Assembly (NCBI GenBank): GCA_027449965.1 | Contig: DAIDKP010000009.1 | Location: forward strand, 2,753 to 66,752 | From: Acidobacteriaceae bacterium | Lineage (GTDB): Bacteria > Acidobacteriota > Terriglobia > Terriglobales > Acidobacteriaceae | DNA length: 64,000 nucleotides | Direction of reading: 5' to 3' | Shown: positions 63,854-64,000 of the stretch, one piece after another | Layout of the letters: the number at the start of each line of letters is the position of its first letter | Position numbering within the stretch: position 1 is the first letter of the stretch | Program-made: the position numbers and the translations under genes | Notes under the pieces: generated by a model | Databases searched by the model: none | The model's input: the letters and a program-made list of their open reading frames with translations, nothing else | Told to the model about the DNA's origin: nothing

Positions 63854-64000
63854 TTGCGGCTTGCCGATGCAACCCCGGAAGTGTGATGCCGTGAAATCGC
63901 CGTTTCAGATCCATGGCGCCTTCCGTGGATAATCAATGCTGTGAGTGAAATCGCACGGATGTTGTGGCGCTGGGCGCTGCCTTGCTCCGCCTGGATGCTT

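Noticed and set aside
1-64000. tRNA, rRNA or tmRNA genes
   Set aside because: No T-loop GTTCGA(A/G)TCC within a cloverleaf and no rRNA signature seen in intergenic regions; manual inspection only.

Overview
High-GC, gene-dense chromosomal window with about 60 CDS. Gene content (DUF3106/anti-sigma/ECF cassettes, CRTAC1/ASPIC-UnbV, DUF5916, FecR/DUF6600, Wzi, DUF6526) suggests an Acidobacteriota (Acidobacteriaceae-like) genome; this is inference. Housekeeping genes include feoAB, araD, argJ, ruvC, rsmA, glgA, secA, dnaX-ybaB-recR, mazG, purB and ubiX. I saw no rRNA, tRNA, CRISPR array or transposase. The only foreign-looking segment is an AT-richer McrA-like HNH nuclease behind a 56-nt inverted repeat, between glgA and secA. 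The most interesting signals are regulatory. (1) Nine genes have a -10 box 6-7 nt before the start codon and no Shine-Dalgarno (SD), implying frequent leaderless mRNAs. One 18-bp gap holds a symmetric TAGAGTA that could drive two leaderless genes in opposite directions. (2) rsmA/ksgA can only include its conserved N-terminal motif by starting at CTG. (3) The feoAB promoter is bracketed by two GACC-N5-GGTC palindromes rather than a Fur box. (4) An 11-kb cluster holds two ECF/anti-sigma/periplasmic-helical-protein cassettes flanking a PDZ sensor kinase and sigma54 activator, with readable ECF and sigma54 promoters. (5) A translationally coupled CRTAC1 / Tat-rhodanese (CGCCP..CPN) / Tat-TlpA module trails the dnaX operon. 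All family calls come from motif recognition by eye, not database searches.
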